From: a virus
Lineage: Duplodnaviria; Caudoviricetes
Length of the DNA: 64,000 nucleotides
IMG/VR virus record: IMGVR_UViG_3300015607_004069
Coordinates: 32,001-96,000 of that record
Strand: one strand, 5' to 3'
The notes under the pieces: generated by a model
Databases searched by the model: none
What the model saw: the letters and a program-made list of their open reading frames with translations, nothing else
What the model was told of the DNA's origin: nothing
In this document: piece after piece, positions 1 through 9,949 of the stretch
Position numbering within the stretch: position 1 is the stretch's first letter
How the letters are laid out: each line of letters begins with the position of its first letter
Position numbers and translations under genes: made by a program

Positions 1-2
1 TT

Positions 3-1502
3 ACCGGTTATGTTACTACTACGCCGCAGAATAACGTCTATTATTGTAAAATGTGGGATGTTTTAAACGCCACAACTATTGGCGATGAATTCACAGCGAC
101 CAATATATGGGATTATGTTGATAACGGCACTGGAACGTTTGTGCCGGTGATGGATTCGATGGAAGCCAATCTGTTGAAGGTTGGTACGCTTATCGACATT
201 TGGATGTTTGAAATTAGCCAATCCTCCGATGGTCCACAATATCGGTACTTTATCAATAAAGAGCCGATGCTGACAGCTGATGATGTCTGGGCACCAGTAG
301 GAAATGTCCAATTTGGTGATACAGTTGATGCCAGAGCAGAAGTCGCTATGACGGATGCCACTGGCCAAGAGGAAACGACGGCTTTTGAGGCAGATGTTGA
401 TTTCGATGGGTTTGAGAATAGCATCTGGGGTCTAGCCAATGAACAGGATATTAAATTCTACTCTAACTCTGGTCAGATTGAAACATATATCGGCAGAAGA
501 GCAAACATCGATACTGCCATCAAGGCTCTGAAAGTAGTAAAAGACGAGTATAGCACAGTTGGTACTACTAACCGACATCAGAAGCCGGTGTTTCTGTGGA
601 ACAGAATCGATCTCCGGGCATCAGCCTACGCTGTGATCGACATGGGCTTCCCAGCAGATATGGAATTTGAGGATTTTCCGCTTCTGGATTTGTGCTGGGG
701 TCCACATGAATCATGCTCTGATCAGTATGCCGAGGTCATTAGGTCACGCGATAACGCTCTGAGCCTTGACGGGGTCGATTACAACAGTATTCCTCGTGTG
801 GGGCAGTGGCAGTGTGTCTATCCTCCGGAAAGAGCCGGTCTGACATTCAACCAAGCCGATAAGTCGATGGAGTATGTGCCTAGTTCCGGGGTCAAACCAA
901 CCATCTATTCCAATGCCGGTAATAGTATGGTGTCTGGTGATATTCTATCCTTGGTACAGCGTGATTTTACTACCAACGCAGTTCGCATTTTGCCGTTCAA
1001 GACAGGTGACGTATATGGAATGAGAGTCATCAGTGGTATTCTGGGCATGGATACGCTCTATCAGAGCAACGGTCCCGGCGATTTGGATGACTATGTGAGG
1101 GGTTTTCAGGCCGGATATGTCGTGAGCCAGACGTATACCCAAGACGGGCTTTGGGACGGCTCCGGGACGGCTCCGGAGGCTAACATATCAGGCTTCTCAA
1201 TATTGGGAGGGTCTGCAGGGACCGGTACGGAACGCTGGAACCGTTTGGAAATAATGTTCAAGAATAATAGACTGTGGTTATGGTGGAATGGTCTTCTAAT
1301 CCCACCTTCGACTCAGCTGTCGGCTCTTTTGCCTGTGCCTGTACAGATTACGAGCCAGTATTATCCATTTAATCCAGCCTACGATCTGGGCAAATTCTTT
1401 CTGAGAATGTGGCCGGGCATGATCTTACGACGTGTCCAGCTTATGACACAAAATTCCAGAGCTAATGAATACCAGAATGGGCAGGTTCTTTTAGGCAACT
1501 AG
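3..1502 (+). CDS. Putative virion/tail structural protein (5'-truncated; frame is open to the window edge)
   Basis: Reading frame is open from position 3 through ATG 51; acidic, G/T/N-rich beta-type composition; no catalytic motif seen. Confidence 0.5.
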   Translation, partial: TGYVTTTPQNNVYYCKMWDVLNATTIGDEFTATNIWDYVDNGTGTFVPVMDSMEANLLKVGTLIDIWMFEISQSSDGPQYRYFINKEPMLTADDVWAPVGNVQFGDTVDARAEVAMTDATGQEETTAFEADVDFDGFENSIWGLANEQDIKFYSNSGQIETYIGRRANIDTAIKALKVVKDEYSTVGTTNRHQKPVFLWNRIDLRASAYAVIDMGFPADMEFEDFPLLDLCWGPHESCSDQYAEVIRSRDNALSLDGVDYNSIPRVGQWQCVYPPERAGLTFNQADKSMEYVPSSGVKPTIYSNAGNSMVSGDILSLVQRDFTTNAVRILPFKTGDVYGMRVISGILGMDTLYQSNGPGDLDDYVRGFQAGYVVSQTYTQDGLWDGSGTAPEANISGFSILGGSAGTGTERWNRLEIMFKNNRLWLWWNGLLIPPSTQLSALLPVPVQITSQYYPFNPAYDLGKFFLRMWPGMILRRVQLMTQNSRANEYQNGQVLLGN

Positions 1503-1750
1503 AGCTGATCTTCTTCGATCAGCTCCTTTTCTAATGCATCCATAGACTTTATGATGCTGTATTTCTCTGTCAATCGAATAATCTTCATAATGGCTATTTT
1601 ATTCACTAGGTTGGAGCTTACTTTTCTTGATTGTTCTATGGCTTCATGATTTGTATTGCATAGTCCTGCAAAGTGAATAGTTAAGGCTTTTTTATTGGCC
1701 ATGGCATAGCAGATTAAGAATTTAGTCCGCTGTTGTATTTGTGATGACAT
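1499..1750 (-). CDS. Hypothetical protein
   Basis: 83-aa ORF tightly coupled to the upstream kinase gene. Confidence 0.55.
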   Translation of the reverse strand: MSSQIQQRTKFLICYAMANKKALTIHFAGLCNTNHEAIEQSRKVSSNLVNKIAIMKIIRLTEKYSIIKSMDALEKELIEEDQL

Positions 1751-1752
1751 GA

Positions 1753-2511
1753 CTAGCCCATTAGATCGATGATTGCCTTTGCGTTCCTTAATACTTCGAA
1801 TGGCTGTTTGACTAGCAGTATTCTCTTAAATGTCTTTCTGATGTACGGCACGACGACAGTGTCGATCAGTTCAAGCTCTGATACGGAACACATGTCGGGG
1901 CCACAGACGTGGGTGTCTTCTATGTTGACCATCACCCCATAAGGTACCATGGCCTTGAATAAGGCCTTGTACATACGTCTGATGGTAACGCGATTATCAA
2001 AGTGATCAACAGCTGATTGCTTGTCCCTGTTCAATAGACGTTCTGAAATTATGTTGTTTGGTGGTGTATCCAACAGAATCAATGTCATATCGATATCGGC
2101 GATATGTTTGGCGGTTAATTTGCATATCGTCTCAAATAGTTCTTTTATCTCAGTTATGTTCTCATTCTTTGTGTGAGCGAAGAACGGTCCGGTGATAGGT
2201 GATATTCTATCGGAGATAATGCACTGAACTGGTATTTCGTCTAGTTTGGCTGTGAAGTTGGTATAATCTGCAATGGGAATCAACTGTTCAGTCAGCCAGT
2301 CCAATCCGCCATTGCTCTTGACTAGATTCCGTAGTTGTTCGCCGACTTCGAATGCGCCGGGGTGTTGGAATACTGTATTTTGGATATCATAGCTTTGAAT
2401 TAATATTCTGGAAATACCATGGCATAGGGTTGTCTTACCAGAAAAATCAGTGCCTTCTACTACTAGCCAATTCTTTTTAGTCGTGTTCATTGGTGTGCTC
2501 GTGAAATCCAA
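1753..2511 (-). CDS. tmk: Thymidylate (dNMP) kinase
   Basis: P-loop VVEGTDFSGKTT, FQHPG..VGEQLR, CIISDR motifs of the dTMP kinase family. Confidence 0.8.
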   Translation of the reverse strand: MDFTSTPMNTTKKNWLVVEGTDFSGKTTLCHGISRILIQSYDIQNTVFQHPGAFEVGEQLRNLVKSNGGLDWLTEQLIPIADYTNFTAKLDEIPVQCIISDRISPITGPFFAHTKNENITEIKELFETICKLTAKHIADIDMTLILLDTPPNNIISERLLNRDKQSAVDHFDNRVTIRRMYKALFKAMVPYGVMVNIEDTHVCGPDMCSVSELELIDTVVVPYIRKTFKRILLVKQPFEVLRNAKAIIDLMG

Positions 2512-2566
2512 TTGATACTAGATAAATTTACATACGTTCTAAGTGTTCTTAAGACCATAACTCATG

Positions 2567-4045
2567 CTATTTTGGACGTATAAAAACGAAACGCTTTTTA
2601 GCGGAACCATATACTTTATGATAGTTGAATTTTAAGGCGAATTCAGATTCAGTAAGCTTAAGATTGATAGCTTTATTATACAAGGTCTTTTTATGCATTA
2701 CCCATCCATCTTCAGAAACATACCAATAATCAGGCTGGCAAATACCATCTTCTTTGAAATTACAGGCTAAATAGGTAATACCATGGTGATTAAAAGTAGT
2801 ATCACAATAAGTTAACACTGCTTTATAGTATTCTGGTAACCGTTTAATGCAACGAGCTACGAACCAGCTGGCAAAATGTTTCTTTTGATAACTCGGATGA
2901 ATACAGAGACGTGATAATTCACGAAATTGCGATTGCTTTAAATCGTTTATAGTGACATTTTGACGTGCTGGCGGTGAGAAGACACATACGGCAATTAAAC
3001 TAGAGCCAATATAGGCTCCGTAGGCTATTCCGCCTCGTCCTGCATTAGCTAAATAGTGATATTTTGATAACAATAGTTTATAATCATTTGGAGGACAATC
3101 AGTTATAGTAACATCTTTAAATTCGAATTGGATTTGATCTAATGAACTTAGGCCAAGCCAATACTTTAGAAGATCGACGACTCTATTATAGTTGGAAAAC
3201 TCATGTTCCCAGATTGCTTTTAATTCGAATCCTGGTACTTGGGCAATATATGCGGCTTTGGCTTGATCGGCAATGCGTTTATGTTTCTGAGAGTGAATCC
3301 AATCGCCTTGGCATTCAATTAATAAATCAGGTTTGTCAGCCCTAGGAATTCTACAATCAAATGACCAAGGTCCGATTAGACAGGCCGGATCACAATCGAC
3401 AAAATATGGAACTTTTAGATCATCTAATATTGAATATAGAATGCGTTGAATACTGGATACACGTGGCTGGCGAGCGGCGCTGGCTGATAATTTAGCTAAG
3501 TATGCCATGCTCTTTTGTATAGTGGCCATTTTGGCTTTGAAATCAGCTGTCGATTTCGAAGCCAAAACTTTGGCACGGTAGTCAGGATCTGCCCAGAGTG
3601 CCTTGCTGCGTTCGGAGCGTAGCTTGAGGTCGTTTTCCGATAATGACAATGAACCAGATGCCCATTTTTCTTTTAGCATTGCGCTCAGATTAGCGCGATG
3701 ATTATCGTCACGAATGGCTGTTAGTGTTTTATTTCTGTATTCTTGATCTGCCCAGCGTTTTTTAGCTGATGATCTATCTATTTCTAGTCGGTCGGCATTA
3801 TGCTTCTTACCACGCAAGGCATCGCTTATTTTTTGTGATTTTCTAGCTTTTGATTTTTGGTCTGGCGGATTGCGCTTTATGGCGGCAAGACGCAGTGACT
3901 CCCTGTATTCGTCGTCCTGCCATTTGGTTTTGATGGCACAAGATCGGCATTTATATGGTTGATAGGTTCTGTTAGGGATTCGTTTCAATGTGGCGGTGCT
4001 GCCACAGGCGCAGATTACATCAGTTGGATAGGCTTTTGATGGCAT
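2567..4045 (-). CDS. Fusion: Zn-ribbon/basic helical DNA-binding repeats + Vsr/DUF559-like endonuclease + Mom-like GNAT domain
   Basis: Repeated KxxWxDxEYR helices; GPWSFDCRI..LLIECQGDWIHS (Vsr-like); C-terminal YHYL..ELSRLC..TYCD..HHGITYLACNF (Mom/GNAT-like). Start moved to ATG 4045 to avoid overlap with the upstream gene. Confidence 0.65.
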   Translation of the reverse strand: MPSKAYPTDVICACGSTATLKRIPNRTYQPYKCRSCAIKTKWQDDEYRESLRLAAIKRNPPDQKSKARKSQKISDALRGKKHNADRLEIDRSSAKKRWADQEYRNKTLTAIRDDNHRANLSAMLKEKWASGSLSLSENDLKLRSERSKALWADPDYRAKVLASKSTADFKAKMATIQKSMAYLAKLSASAARQPRVSSIQRILYSILDDLKVPYFVDCDPACLIGPWSFDCRIPRADKPDLLIECQGDWIHSQKHKRIADQAKAAYIAQVPGFELKAIWEHEFSNYNRVVDLLKYWLGLSSLDQIQFEFKDVTITDCPPNDYKLLLSKYHYLANAGRGGIAYGAYIGSSLIAVCVFSPPARQNVTINDLKQSQFRELSRLCIHPSYQKKHFASWFVARCIKRLPEYYKAVLTYCDTTFNHHGITYLACNFKEDGICQPDYWYVSEDGWVMHKKTLYNKAINLKLTESEFALKFNYHKVYGSAKKRFVFIRPK

Positions 4046-4070
4046 AGGTTTGTATTGATTATGATACAGA

Positions 4071-4445
4071 TTATATTTCTTTTGAGCGCGGATTTTTTGG
4101 AATGACGTACATGTCATGTTCAGAACCCCATTCCAGTTCCATGAAGATAGCATCTCCTTGTAATTCTATGAGATGGTCTAATAATTTCTGGGCGTTCTTT
4201 ATGGCTGTAGTGACATTGGCCATTTTGGCTATTTGATTCTTAGTTTTCTTTAACTTGGATAGTTCTTTTTTGATCTTTTGCAGATCGGTCTGCATCTTTC
4301 TAGTCTTCCAGACTGCATGGCCTGATGTGACGTAATATTTTGCAGGATCAAAGACTCCTAGTCCTAAACTGGATAGGTCGATTTTATTAATATAGTCTGA
4401 TATTTCTATGCGAATTTTATCTGATTTTGTTTTTTCAGGCTTCAT
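4071..4445 (-). CDS. Hypothetical protein (coiled coil)
   Basis: 124-aa ORF, Lys-rich heptads. Confidence 0.55.
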   Translation of the reverse strand: MKPEKTKSDKIRIEISDYINKIDLSSLGLGVFDPAKYYVTSGHAVWKTRKMQTDLQKIKKELSKLKKTKNQIAKMANVTTAIKNAQKLLDHLIELQGDAIFMELEWGSEHDMYVIPKNPRSKEI

Positions 4446-4446
4446 A

Positions 4447-4489
4447 CTTTTTGTCCTCGACCTATTTTAGTTAGATCGAGGACAAAAAG
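4447..4489. terminator. Intergenic inverted repeat (14-bp stem), possible terminator
   Basis: CTTTTTGTCCTCGA...TCGAGGACAAAAAG between two minus-strand genes. Confidence 0.55.
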
Positions 4490-4505
4490 AGCTTAACGAT
4501 TAATA

Positions 4506-5531
4506 TTATATGACCTTCATGTTCTTCAGCACGTCAGTGGCTTCCGACAGGCTCATGGTATTAGCTACCATTGTGCCGTATTTGTGGTTGCTCAGCTTGG
4601 ATGTCTGATTGATTTTGGTCGCTGCATCAGCGAATTCTTCAGCCAGTACACGGTTGGCAAACAGGTATTTGCCTTCCAAGAACAGAGGAAGTCTGGCTTT
4701 GAGATTGGGGACCTCGTAGCTGCCTCGTACAATAGTGCCGTTGCCTTCAGCGATGATGCTGATGTTGACCTTCTTGGCACGACCGATTGATTTCAGTTCC
4801 TCAGCGATCATGAGTGCACGATATGGTTCTTTGACAGCAATTCGTTCGTTGGCACTTTCGACGACGAATCGGACGTTTGTCTCTTTGGGTGGGTTTGGCA
4901 GGCGAGAGAATTCGTTATCGATTGCTTCTCGAACGCCTTCTGACAGCACTTTATAGTTGGAACGCAGTTCTGCGATACCACCGGCGACCGCTGATTCCTT
5001 GACCACGGAGCCGAGATTGTTCGACAGGTTCCAGCTGTATGGCTTGTCAGCCCATCGTGTATCGACCTTGTCTTTCAGATCGATATCCTTGTCGGTCTTT
5101 TCCATGCCCTTGTTGCTAGGGGTGCTATGGCCGGGTTCGCCATCAGTGATTTCGCCATCGGAGTTGCATTCTGCCTGTTGGCCGATTGGCTCGCCGTGCT
5201 TTTCGACATCGTCGGGACCGGGCTGGCTGTTGTCGTAATAATGGCCGAGATCATCGTCCATGACGCTATCATCGTCATTGGTGTCCATGCCTACAGCCTT
5301 GGCTTCGTGTATCACCCATCCAGTGGTGTGACGGCCCGAAACCGGTTCGAAGGCACAGAGCTTGCTGCTATCGAGAGCATCTTCAAAGAGTGTCTTCGGC
5401 ACAACTAGGCTCTTTTTGGCCAGATAACCATTGAACTGGCTATAGTTGATGAAATTATTCTTTTGTGCGTAGTCCTCAACCAATCTGATCGTTTCAGTCA
5501 AATTGTTGATTTGTCTTGGTCGTGCAGTCAT
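4506..5531 (-). CDS. Hypothetical protein, candidate internal head protein
   Basis: Strong codon bias, acidic disordered middle, many L/I/V-x-E motifs (LTE, IHE, VKE, LSE, VVE). Confidence 0.55.
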   Translation of the reverse strand: MTARPRQINNLTETIRLVEDYAQKNNFINYSQFNGYLAKKSLVVPKTLFEDALDSSKLCAFEPVSGRHTTGWVIHEAKAVGMDTNDDDSVMDDDLGHYYDNSQPGPDDVEKHGEPIGQQAECNSDGEITDGEPGHSTPSNKGMEKTDKDIDLKDKVDTRWADKPYSWNLSNNLGSVVKESAVAGGIAELRSNYKVLSEGVREAIDNEFSRLPNPPKETNVRFVVESANERIAVKEPYRALMIAEELKSIGRAKKVNISIIAEGNGTIVRGSYEVPNLKARLPLFLEGKYLFANRVLAEEFADAATKINQTSKLSNHKYGTMVANTMSLSEATDVLKNMKVI

Positions 5532-5576
5532 GGTATTGACCTTCGTCGATGTTATAGGAAACTACAGGTATATTTG

Positions 5577-6083
5577 TCAAAGACCTGTGATATTGTCTAA
5601 TGACAAGGCCTTATGAAGCCATGCTTCATGTGGTATTTTACTCGCCAAATCTTTGTATTTATTAGGTATCCATTCTACAATAGTAATATGTCCTATAGTG
5701 GACGAATAGCAGATTTCATTTTCTTCCTGAATTCTCTTTATATCATTCTGATTATTTAAGCCACGAAGAACTCGACGCATCGGCAGAGTCAATGCCGGTG
5801 TCGATCCGACATCTTTGATTAGGTCGCTTATCTTGTTGAGAATGGATGGGTGAGCCGAATTTGGATGTGTCTTTATGATGAATTCTAGTAATGATTTTTG
5901 GTCTAACTTGGGTAATAGTGTTGATAATGCGGCTACTATTCTCTTACATCCATTGCTCCCTTTGATTTCGGCGGCATAGTCGAGATATAATTTATAGTCA
6001 TACTCGGCGAGCCATGATTTGAACTGGCCGTCATTGCCGATAAAACAGAGATGTGAATCGCTTATGATTGCTGCCATGGACAA
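5577..6083 (-). CDS. Hypothetical protein
   Basis: 168-aa ORF in a minus-strand operon. Confidence 0.55.
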   Translation of the reverse strand: MSMAAIISDSHLCFIGNDGQFKSWLAEYDYKLYLDYAAEIKGSNGCKRIVAALSTLLPKLDQKSLLEFIIKTHPNSAHPSILNKISDLIKDVGSTPALTLPMRRVLRGLNNQNDIKRIQEENEICYSSTIGHITIVEWIPNKYKDLASKIPHEAWLHKALSLDNITGL

Positions 6084-7915
6084 AGTAGACCGGTTCTCAT
6101 AATGCTGATCATCATATCTAAGTTAGTTGCGTGACCTTTATAAAGATCATAAATATTGTCATTCAGTCTACTCAACACAATATCCTTTATAGAATCGTCA
6201 TATGTTATAATGCTATCGCTACAGTCCAGCATGGTGTTAATGCCTACAATCGGCAACGCAAAGCACTGTCCCGGTGTCAGAGATGAGCCAAAAGATAACA
6301 GATTAATGTATTGTCGCTCTGACAATTTGAATACTGCAAATGTCTGGATGCCAGTAGAGATGACAGCTAGCCAATCTGGTTTGCCAAAAGTACAGGCATC
6401 GGAAAGAATGGAGAAGTCATCCTTTGTGATGACTCCTAACTGCTGATTGTTGATGCGAGTGAGGCCAACTATCAATTCGCCTTGCTCACTGCTATAGCGA
6501 TCATTTAGGCCGATTAAAATAGGTCCGCCATCATGTGAAATAGTAGTGGAGAATTTTTCGTACTGATTTCTGACCGTTTCACTGTCCGTGTTTGGTGCAA
6601 ACCCAGCTATATTGATTGTCTTGTCTAGCGAACCATGCTTGTACTGGATCGTTAATTCGGCATGGTGGCCTGCTGAACCGGTAATAGGATACTTCAGGTA
6701 AGTAAGCCTGTATAGGCCAGATTGTGGCACTATGCTTGCTTTTGGATTGGTTGGTGTTATTGAGACTTTTAGATCGGTCAGCGGCGTATGAGAACTGAAT
6801 GATTCGGCAGCTGCAGGATCTAGTTCAATATTCATGAATCCTTGTGGTACTGGCGGCGGTGGCGATGTTCCGGCAGCAGCTGCAGCTGCCTTTTCTTCAT
6901 TGATTGTTTGTTGTTTGATGCATTCGTATAGAGCACAACATAATGCGTCCTTGCTTAATGTGTATATCTGATCCATCATTTCTAGCCATGCTCTGGCGAT
7001 GTCGGCAGTGCCTGCTCTGATCCTTTCGGCTTCGAGATAATATTTCGTTTGGATGGCTGAAATGATGGGGAAGATGTCAATATAATAGAGTTTTTGACCA
7101 GCAGGAGGACCATCTATGCTCTGGACTGTGCATGCTTTCAGATCGCTGGTTATGACGGAGTCGGAAGCTTGACCGCTGAGAGCGATAACCCAGCTGCTTG
7201 TACTACGTTCCACATCAATGGAACTAGGTGCTATTTCATCATCTCCGATGGCTCCGCGATAGGCTATTAATTTTGTCTTGCCACTTGACATGAGTTTAGT
7301 CTCAATGTCTACTATGGCCATTCCTGATTTTTCTATATTCGATATATCATATAGATCTTCGAAGACGCTGGCTCCACAACTGCTGCGACCGGGAAGGCCG
7401 GGTGGTCCTTTAGGGCCTGTTTCGACTTTTTGACCATCTGGTCCTTTATTGCCTTTTGGGCCTTTATTGCCTTTTGATCCTTTGAGCGATAGACTATTAC
7501 GTCGAAGAAGCTCTAGAGCCAGCTTCTGTGGATCGATAGTGATGTCGATGATTGCTGTATTCTTGTCAACTTTCAGGTTCATTTCAACATTGGGCATGCC
7601 GGTCGCTGGATTGCTGAAATTACTGGTCGTCCGTACGTTTATAAAATCGTCTCCTCCTATGCTCAGATAGCCTGATGAGAAGACTAGATCACAATGCTCG
7701 CTGGTTAGTGTTGTTTCAAAAGGATCGGATTTTATATTAAGCAATTTGAGGTAGTCTTCACTACTCATAGCCCCATCTGATGATGGGGTGGCTAAGGCCA
7801 GTCGAACATTACTTGGCAGTTTTTTCCAACTCATAGTTTGAGCATCATACATATAGAACATGTCTGTAGATGCTTCGAAGATTGTCTTGTCAGATGGATT
7901 CGATGGAAACGTCAT
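6062..7915 (-). CDS. Collagen-repeat virion/fibre protein (paralogue of 9950-11608)
   Basis: G-x-y run GSKGNKGPKGNKGPDG..GPKGPPGLPG; N-terminal FPSNP..ATPSSDGAMS motif; poly-A/poly-P linker. Confidence 0.6.
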   Translation of the reverse strand: MTFPSNPSDKTIFEASTDMFYMYDAQTMSWKKLPSNVRLALATPSSDGAMSSEDYLKLLNIKSDPFETTLTSEHCDLVFSSGYLSIGGDDFINVRTTSNFSNPATGMPNVEMNLKVDKNTAIIDITIDPQKLALELLRRNSLSLKGSKGNKGPKGNKGPDGQKVETGPKGPPGLPGRSSCGASVFEDLYDISNIEKSGMAIVDIETKLMSSGKTKLIAYRGAIGDDEIAPSSIDVERSTSSWVIALSGQASDSVITSDLKACTVQSIDGPPAGQKLYYIDIFPIISAIQTKYYLEAERIRAGTADIARAWLEMMDQIYTLSKDALCCALYECIKQQTINEEKAAAAAAGTSPPPPVPQGFMNIELDPAAAESFSSHTPLTDLKVSITPTNPKASIVPQSGLYRLTYLKYPITGSAGHHAELTIQYKHGSLDKTINIAGFAPNTDSETVRNQYEKFSTTISHDGGPILIGLNDRYSSEQGELIVGLTRINNQQLGVITKDDFSILSDACTFGKPDWLAVISTGIQTFAVFKLSERQYINLLSFGSSLTPGQCFALPIVGINTMLDCSDSIITYDDSIKDIVLSRLNDNIYDLYKGHATNLDMMISIMRTGLLCPWQQS

Positions 7916-7926
7916 TTCATATCCTG

Positions 7927-8553
7927 TCAGAGAATCTGTATTATTTTCAGATCAGGCCTGTTTGCAAAATATAGCGCAGTTATTCTTTCATAGAAGTACG
8001 CAGGGCCGCGAGACGGGTCCATATTATGGTACATCATAGGCAAAAGAGCACCATATTTGTTATCAAAGTGATGAAAGCATTTTCTCCAGAAGGCGAGCCA
8101 GTCGTGCATTGTCTGTTTGCACATGATCATATCATTGGCCCATAGAGTGGGCTTGTCGTCATTAAATTCCAATCCACTGAATTCTTTTAATTCATCGAGC
8201 AGTTTTTTCATATCCGGATGCACATTGATAGTGTGCGTGTACCAGTTGCTGGGACAGGTCCATGGTGCGTGGACTTCATTCGGTTTTATATTACAGAGAT
8301 CTATATATTTTGATAGGTCTGCTAGTCTTGTGCTAATTTTGGGATATTTATTGTTCCATCGGGCATTGACTATTCCGGTAACATCGCTGATTTCGAAATC
8401 ACATAGGAACGCTCGGCATTCACCATATAGGTTACTATTGTGCTTCGTGCCTATGTGCAGGTTGTTCAGATATACCTTATAATAATCATGGCCGACATCG
8501 GCTATCCAGAGTAACTCCGGGTTATGTGATAGAACGTAAATGGTTTTGGTCAT
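7927..8553 (-). CDS. Glycosyltransferase-like protein (DUF4422-like)
   Basis: ANDMIMCK..WLAF..RGPAYFYERITALYF resembles the C-terminus of DUF4422-type proteins; adjacent to other GTs. Confidence 0.45.
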   Translation of the reverse strand: MTKTIYVLSHNPELLWIADVGHDYYKVYLNNLHIGTKHNSNLYGECRAFLCDFEISDVTGIVNARWNNKYPKISTRLADLSKYIDLCNIKPNEVHAPWTCPSNWYTHTINVHPDMKKLLDELKEFSGLEFNDDKPTLWANDMIMCKQTMHDWLAFWRKCFHHFDNKYGALLPMMYHNMDPSRGPAYFYERITALYFANRPDLKIIQIL

Positions 8554-9134
8554 AGTTTAAATCTTTGTCTGAATGATTCTATCGGACCCCAGAAACGGTC
8601 ATTGACAAATGTATTTATTGATTCTCTTGAACCTGTGAACGCTTTTGAGTGTCTGATGTCGATGTTTGGTATTTGACTATTATATGTCTTACCTGCTGGT
8701 TCGGCGATCACTGTATTTGTTTCAGCTATTTTCATGGAAATAGCTGCTCTCAATAGTTCCTTGTGGCCGCTTAATTGACTCAGGTGGAGTGATGGATAAC
8801 CATTTAGCCCAGCATTGAAGAAACCGGCAGGAATGGCTGTCAATAGGTTGGTGTTGTAATAGAGTTCAGGGCCATCTGGTCTGTCATTGAAATGTGAGTG
8901 AGTATAGAGTACATCATGCTCAGCAAGATAGATTAGATCGCTGTGGGCCTGATCTATGCCGCTCAGGATATTTTGATACATTAGGCGATGTGATCGTTCT
9001 GATTGTTTGACTGATATGACGACCATTTCGAAATTTAATTTGTTAGAAGCAGCACTCAGTTCACTCAGAGCTGTCCTTAGAATCCATGGATTGCAATAAC
9101 CATCGCTATAATAAACTATTGTTGCTGTTTGCAT
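8550..9134 (-). CDS. GT-A fold glycosyltransferase-like protein
   Basis: YQNILSGI..IYLAEHDVLY (DxD-like) motif. Confidence 0.55.
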   Translation of the reverse strand: MQTATIVYYSDGYCNPWILRTALSELSAASNKLNFEMVVISVKQSERSHRLMYQNILSGIDQAHSDLIYLAEHDVLYTHSHFNDRPDGPELYYNTNLLTAIPAGFFNAGLNGYPSLHLSQLSGHKELLRAAISMKIAETNTVIAEPAGKTYNSQIPNIDIRHSKAFTGSRESINTFVNDRFWGPIESFRQRFKL

Positions 9135-9946
9135 TCTTCTTGTGCTCTATGGACGATTTCGTCTATTAGTGCACTATTTACTGGTGTAGACGATTTCATG
9201 TGTGAAATCATATCGACTGGTGACAGGTTGAGTTCAGTGGTGCCTATGATGGCATTGCGAATTCTGTCTTCGTAGGTGTTATCATAAGGTACTTGTTCGC
9301 GAACGGAATGATGCCACCATTCCAGCCATGGTAGACATATACATTTTCGGCCATGTTGGCGATATTTTTCATGAATATATCCTTCTTCACCTCCGAAGCC
9401 TCTAAATAATGGATTGAATCCGAGCCATGCTTCTTTCAGGCATGAGAATAAACCAAGTCCATGGGATACGATTTCATAAGGCTCTGTCATGGTTTTGACA
9501 AAATCGGATTGGGTGAATACACCTAACATAGCTGAACTCCATACGGGCGACCACATGTCCGACTTGTTTATCAGATTGTTGTAGGCCATGGGTCCTTGAT
9601 AGAGGTTCTTCGTAGCTGGGTTTTCTCTGTAGAATTGTTTTAGGCGTGATATACTGTGAGGAGCTAATAATATGTGGCAGTCGATCACTAAAACCGCATT
9701 TCCTCTTGCTATATGAAAAATGTGGTTGCGTGGTTGGGCTGTGCTGTTGTGTGATGTGTATTCGACGTATCTTGTATTTGGTAGGTCTTTGATAAAGTCT
9801 TCTAATTTCTTGTCTTCTTTATTGGCGACTACGAGCAATTCGACGTTGGTCATATCATGATAATATCGTAGGGCTTGTATGGTCATACAAGCCCTTGCGT
9901 AGTCTTCGTATACGGCCATTCCAATGGTGAGTTCGAATTTCGCCAT
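9116..9946 (-). CDS. Glycosyltransferase family 2
   Basis: ELTIGMAVYED N-terminus, RNHIF..VLVIDCH, GFGGEEGY motif. Confidence 0.75.
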   Translation of the reverse strand: MAKFELTIGMAVYEDYARACMTIQALRYYHDMTNVELLVVANKEDKKLEDFIKDLPNTRYVEYTSHNSTAQPRNHIFHIARGNAVLVIDCHILLAPHSISRLKQFYRENPATKNLYQGPMAYNNLINKSDMWSPVWSSAMLGVFTQSDFVKTMTEPYEIVSHGLGLFSCLKEAWLGFNPLFRGFGGEEGYIHEKYRQHGRKCICLPWLEWWHHSVREQVPYDNTYEDRIRNAIIGTTELNLSPVDMISHMKSSTPVNSALIDEIVHRAQEECKQQQ

Positions 9947-9949
9947 AGA

